Positions 62,971 through 64,000 of a stretch of DNA of 64,000 nt are shown here, in pieces (position 1 is the first letter of the stretch; each line of letters begins with the position of its first letter). A program made the position numbers and the translations under genes. Below the pieces are notes generated by a model. It was not told the DNA's origin. It saw only the letters and a list, made by a program, of their open reading frames with translations, and did no database searches. Source of the DNA: Haliotis rubra (Eukaryota); NCBI RefSeq assembly GCF_003918875.1, contig NW_025767119.1, positions 806,001 to 870,000 on the forward strand, read 5' to 3'.

Positions 62971-64000
62971 AACTCTCCCAAAAAGAAACACAGAGTTTTT
63001 TTTCACGAATTTAATCTGTTCACTTTAAAGTCGGAAAACACATGTTATTCTGTATCAGTTGCAACCAAATGTCAACTTATGAAAGACCAAATGTCTGTTA
63101 ACACGTATAGCTTATACAAAACCCTATATGTGAAGGCGTCCGTTCCTAGTTTTGCATTTTCTTCAATATCTGTTGTGGCCACCATGTGCCACCAAAACTG
63201 CTCTGCGCCGTCTTGGAATGGACTGAATAAGTCTTTAAATTCGAACTTATGGAATTCTGGCCCATTCCTCTTGCAATGCCCGCAACAGCTGATCTAACGT
63301 GTGCTCGATGGGGTTGAGGTCGGGCATTTTGGAAGTCCATGGAAGCACTGTAATGTTCTCAATCTGAAGATACTGGATAGCGACATACGTTGTGTGTGGC
63401 ATTATATCGCTGAAACAACTCCCTCAATGATCGGAACCATGTGAATCCTTAAGATTTCATCTCTGTACCGAACAGCAGTTAAACTGCCTTGAAATCGCAC
63501 AAAGTTAGATATCAGCATGCAGGATATGGTCCCCCATATCATGACACTATCACCACCATATCGGTCAACCTGGTGGACACACTTCCGGGCAAAACGTTCA
63601 TTTCGACGTCAATAGACACTTACTCCTTCGTCACGGCTCTGAAGCAGAAAGCGTGAATTGTCACTGAAGCTTGCAAGTTGTGTAGATTTCAGAATCGAAC
63701 GTTATTGCACCACTGAACACGTCGACGTCAATATAGTTGTCGCAGCACAGGGCCGAAATAGAGTCTTCTGGCTCGAGGTCCAGTTTCACGTAAACGATTA
63801 CGAACAGTTTGCGCCGACATTATCTCCATACAAGCACTGCACTTCCAGCTGCAACTAGATCCAGCACATGAAGTACCCAGACCTACCTATCCTGGGCTGC
63901 AGTGATAATCCGGCCTCACATAGCAAATGTCCCTGCTCACGGTTCCTCAGAACTGCACGTGCATATTGCGAACTACTTTTTCTCTATGACATTTCCATGC
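62971..64000 (-). mobile_element. Old Tc1/mariner copy related to family 2, running to the window end
   Basis: TIR ACTCTCCCAAAAAGAAAC after TA; remnants SAQTVRNRLRETG, FSDNSRF, VMIWG, DLNPIEH. Confidence 0.8.

Overview
Repeat-dense eukaryotic (animal) genomic window, probably molluscan and possibly abalone (Haliotis-like), inferred only from the tRNA-derived SINE family and the element types; nothing prokaryotic is present. The left 38.6 kb is a C-rich 59-bp tandem satellite with a 1284-bp higher-order repeat and a larger super-unit. The array is split by nested insertions: a LINE carrying a Tc1 transposon, and a second LINE carrying an 8.7-kb Ty3/gypsy LTR element. It is preceded by a DIRS/Ngaro-type retroelement and another LINE fragment. 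The LTR element is the most notable feature. It has near-identical LTRs, a 4-bp target-site duplication (TSD), a tRNA-Ala-like primer-binding site, gag and protease, but lacks RT and almost all of RNase H. It also carries a decayed class-I fusion (baculovirus F / errantivirus-type) env gene that the ORF track mostly misses. The right part holds a two-coding-exon GIMAP/AIG1 GTPase with an altered G3 motif, nested DNA transposons, and a Penelope element with hammerhead-like motifs inside a Tc1. It also has many SINEs and exons of a damaged mucin-like gene. Nearly all ORFs between 3 and 21 kb are by-products of repeat composition, and about 4.8-16 kb looks like low-quality assembly consensus.
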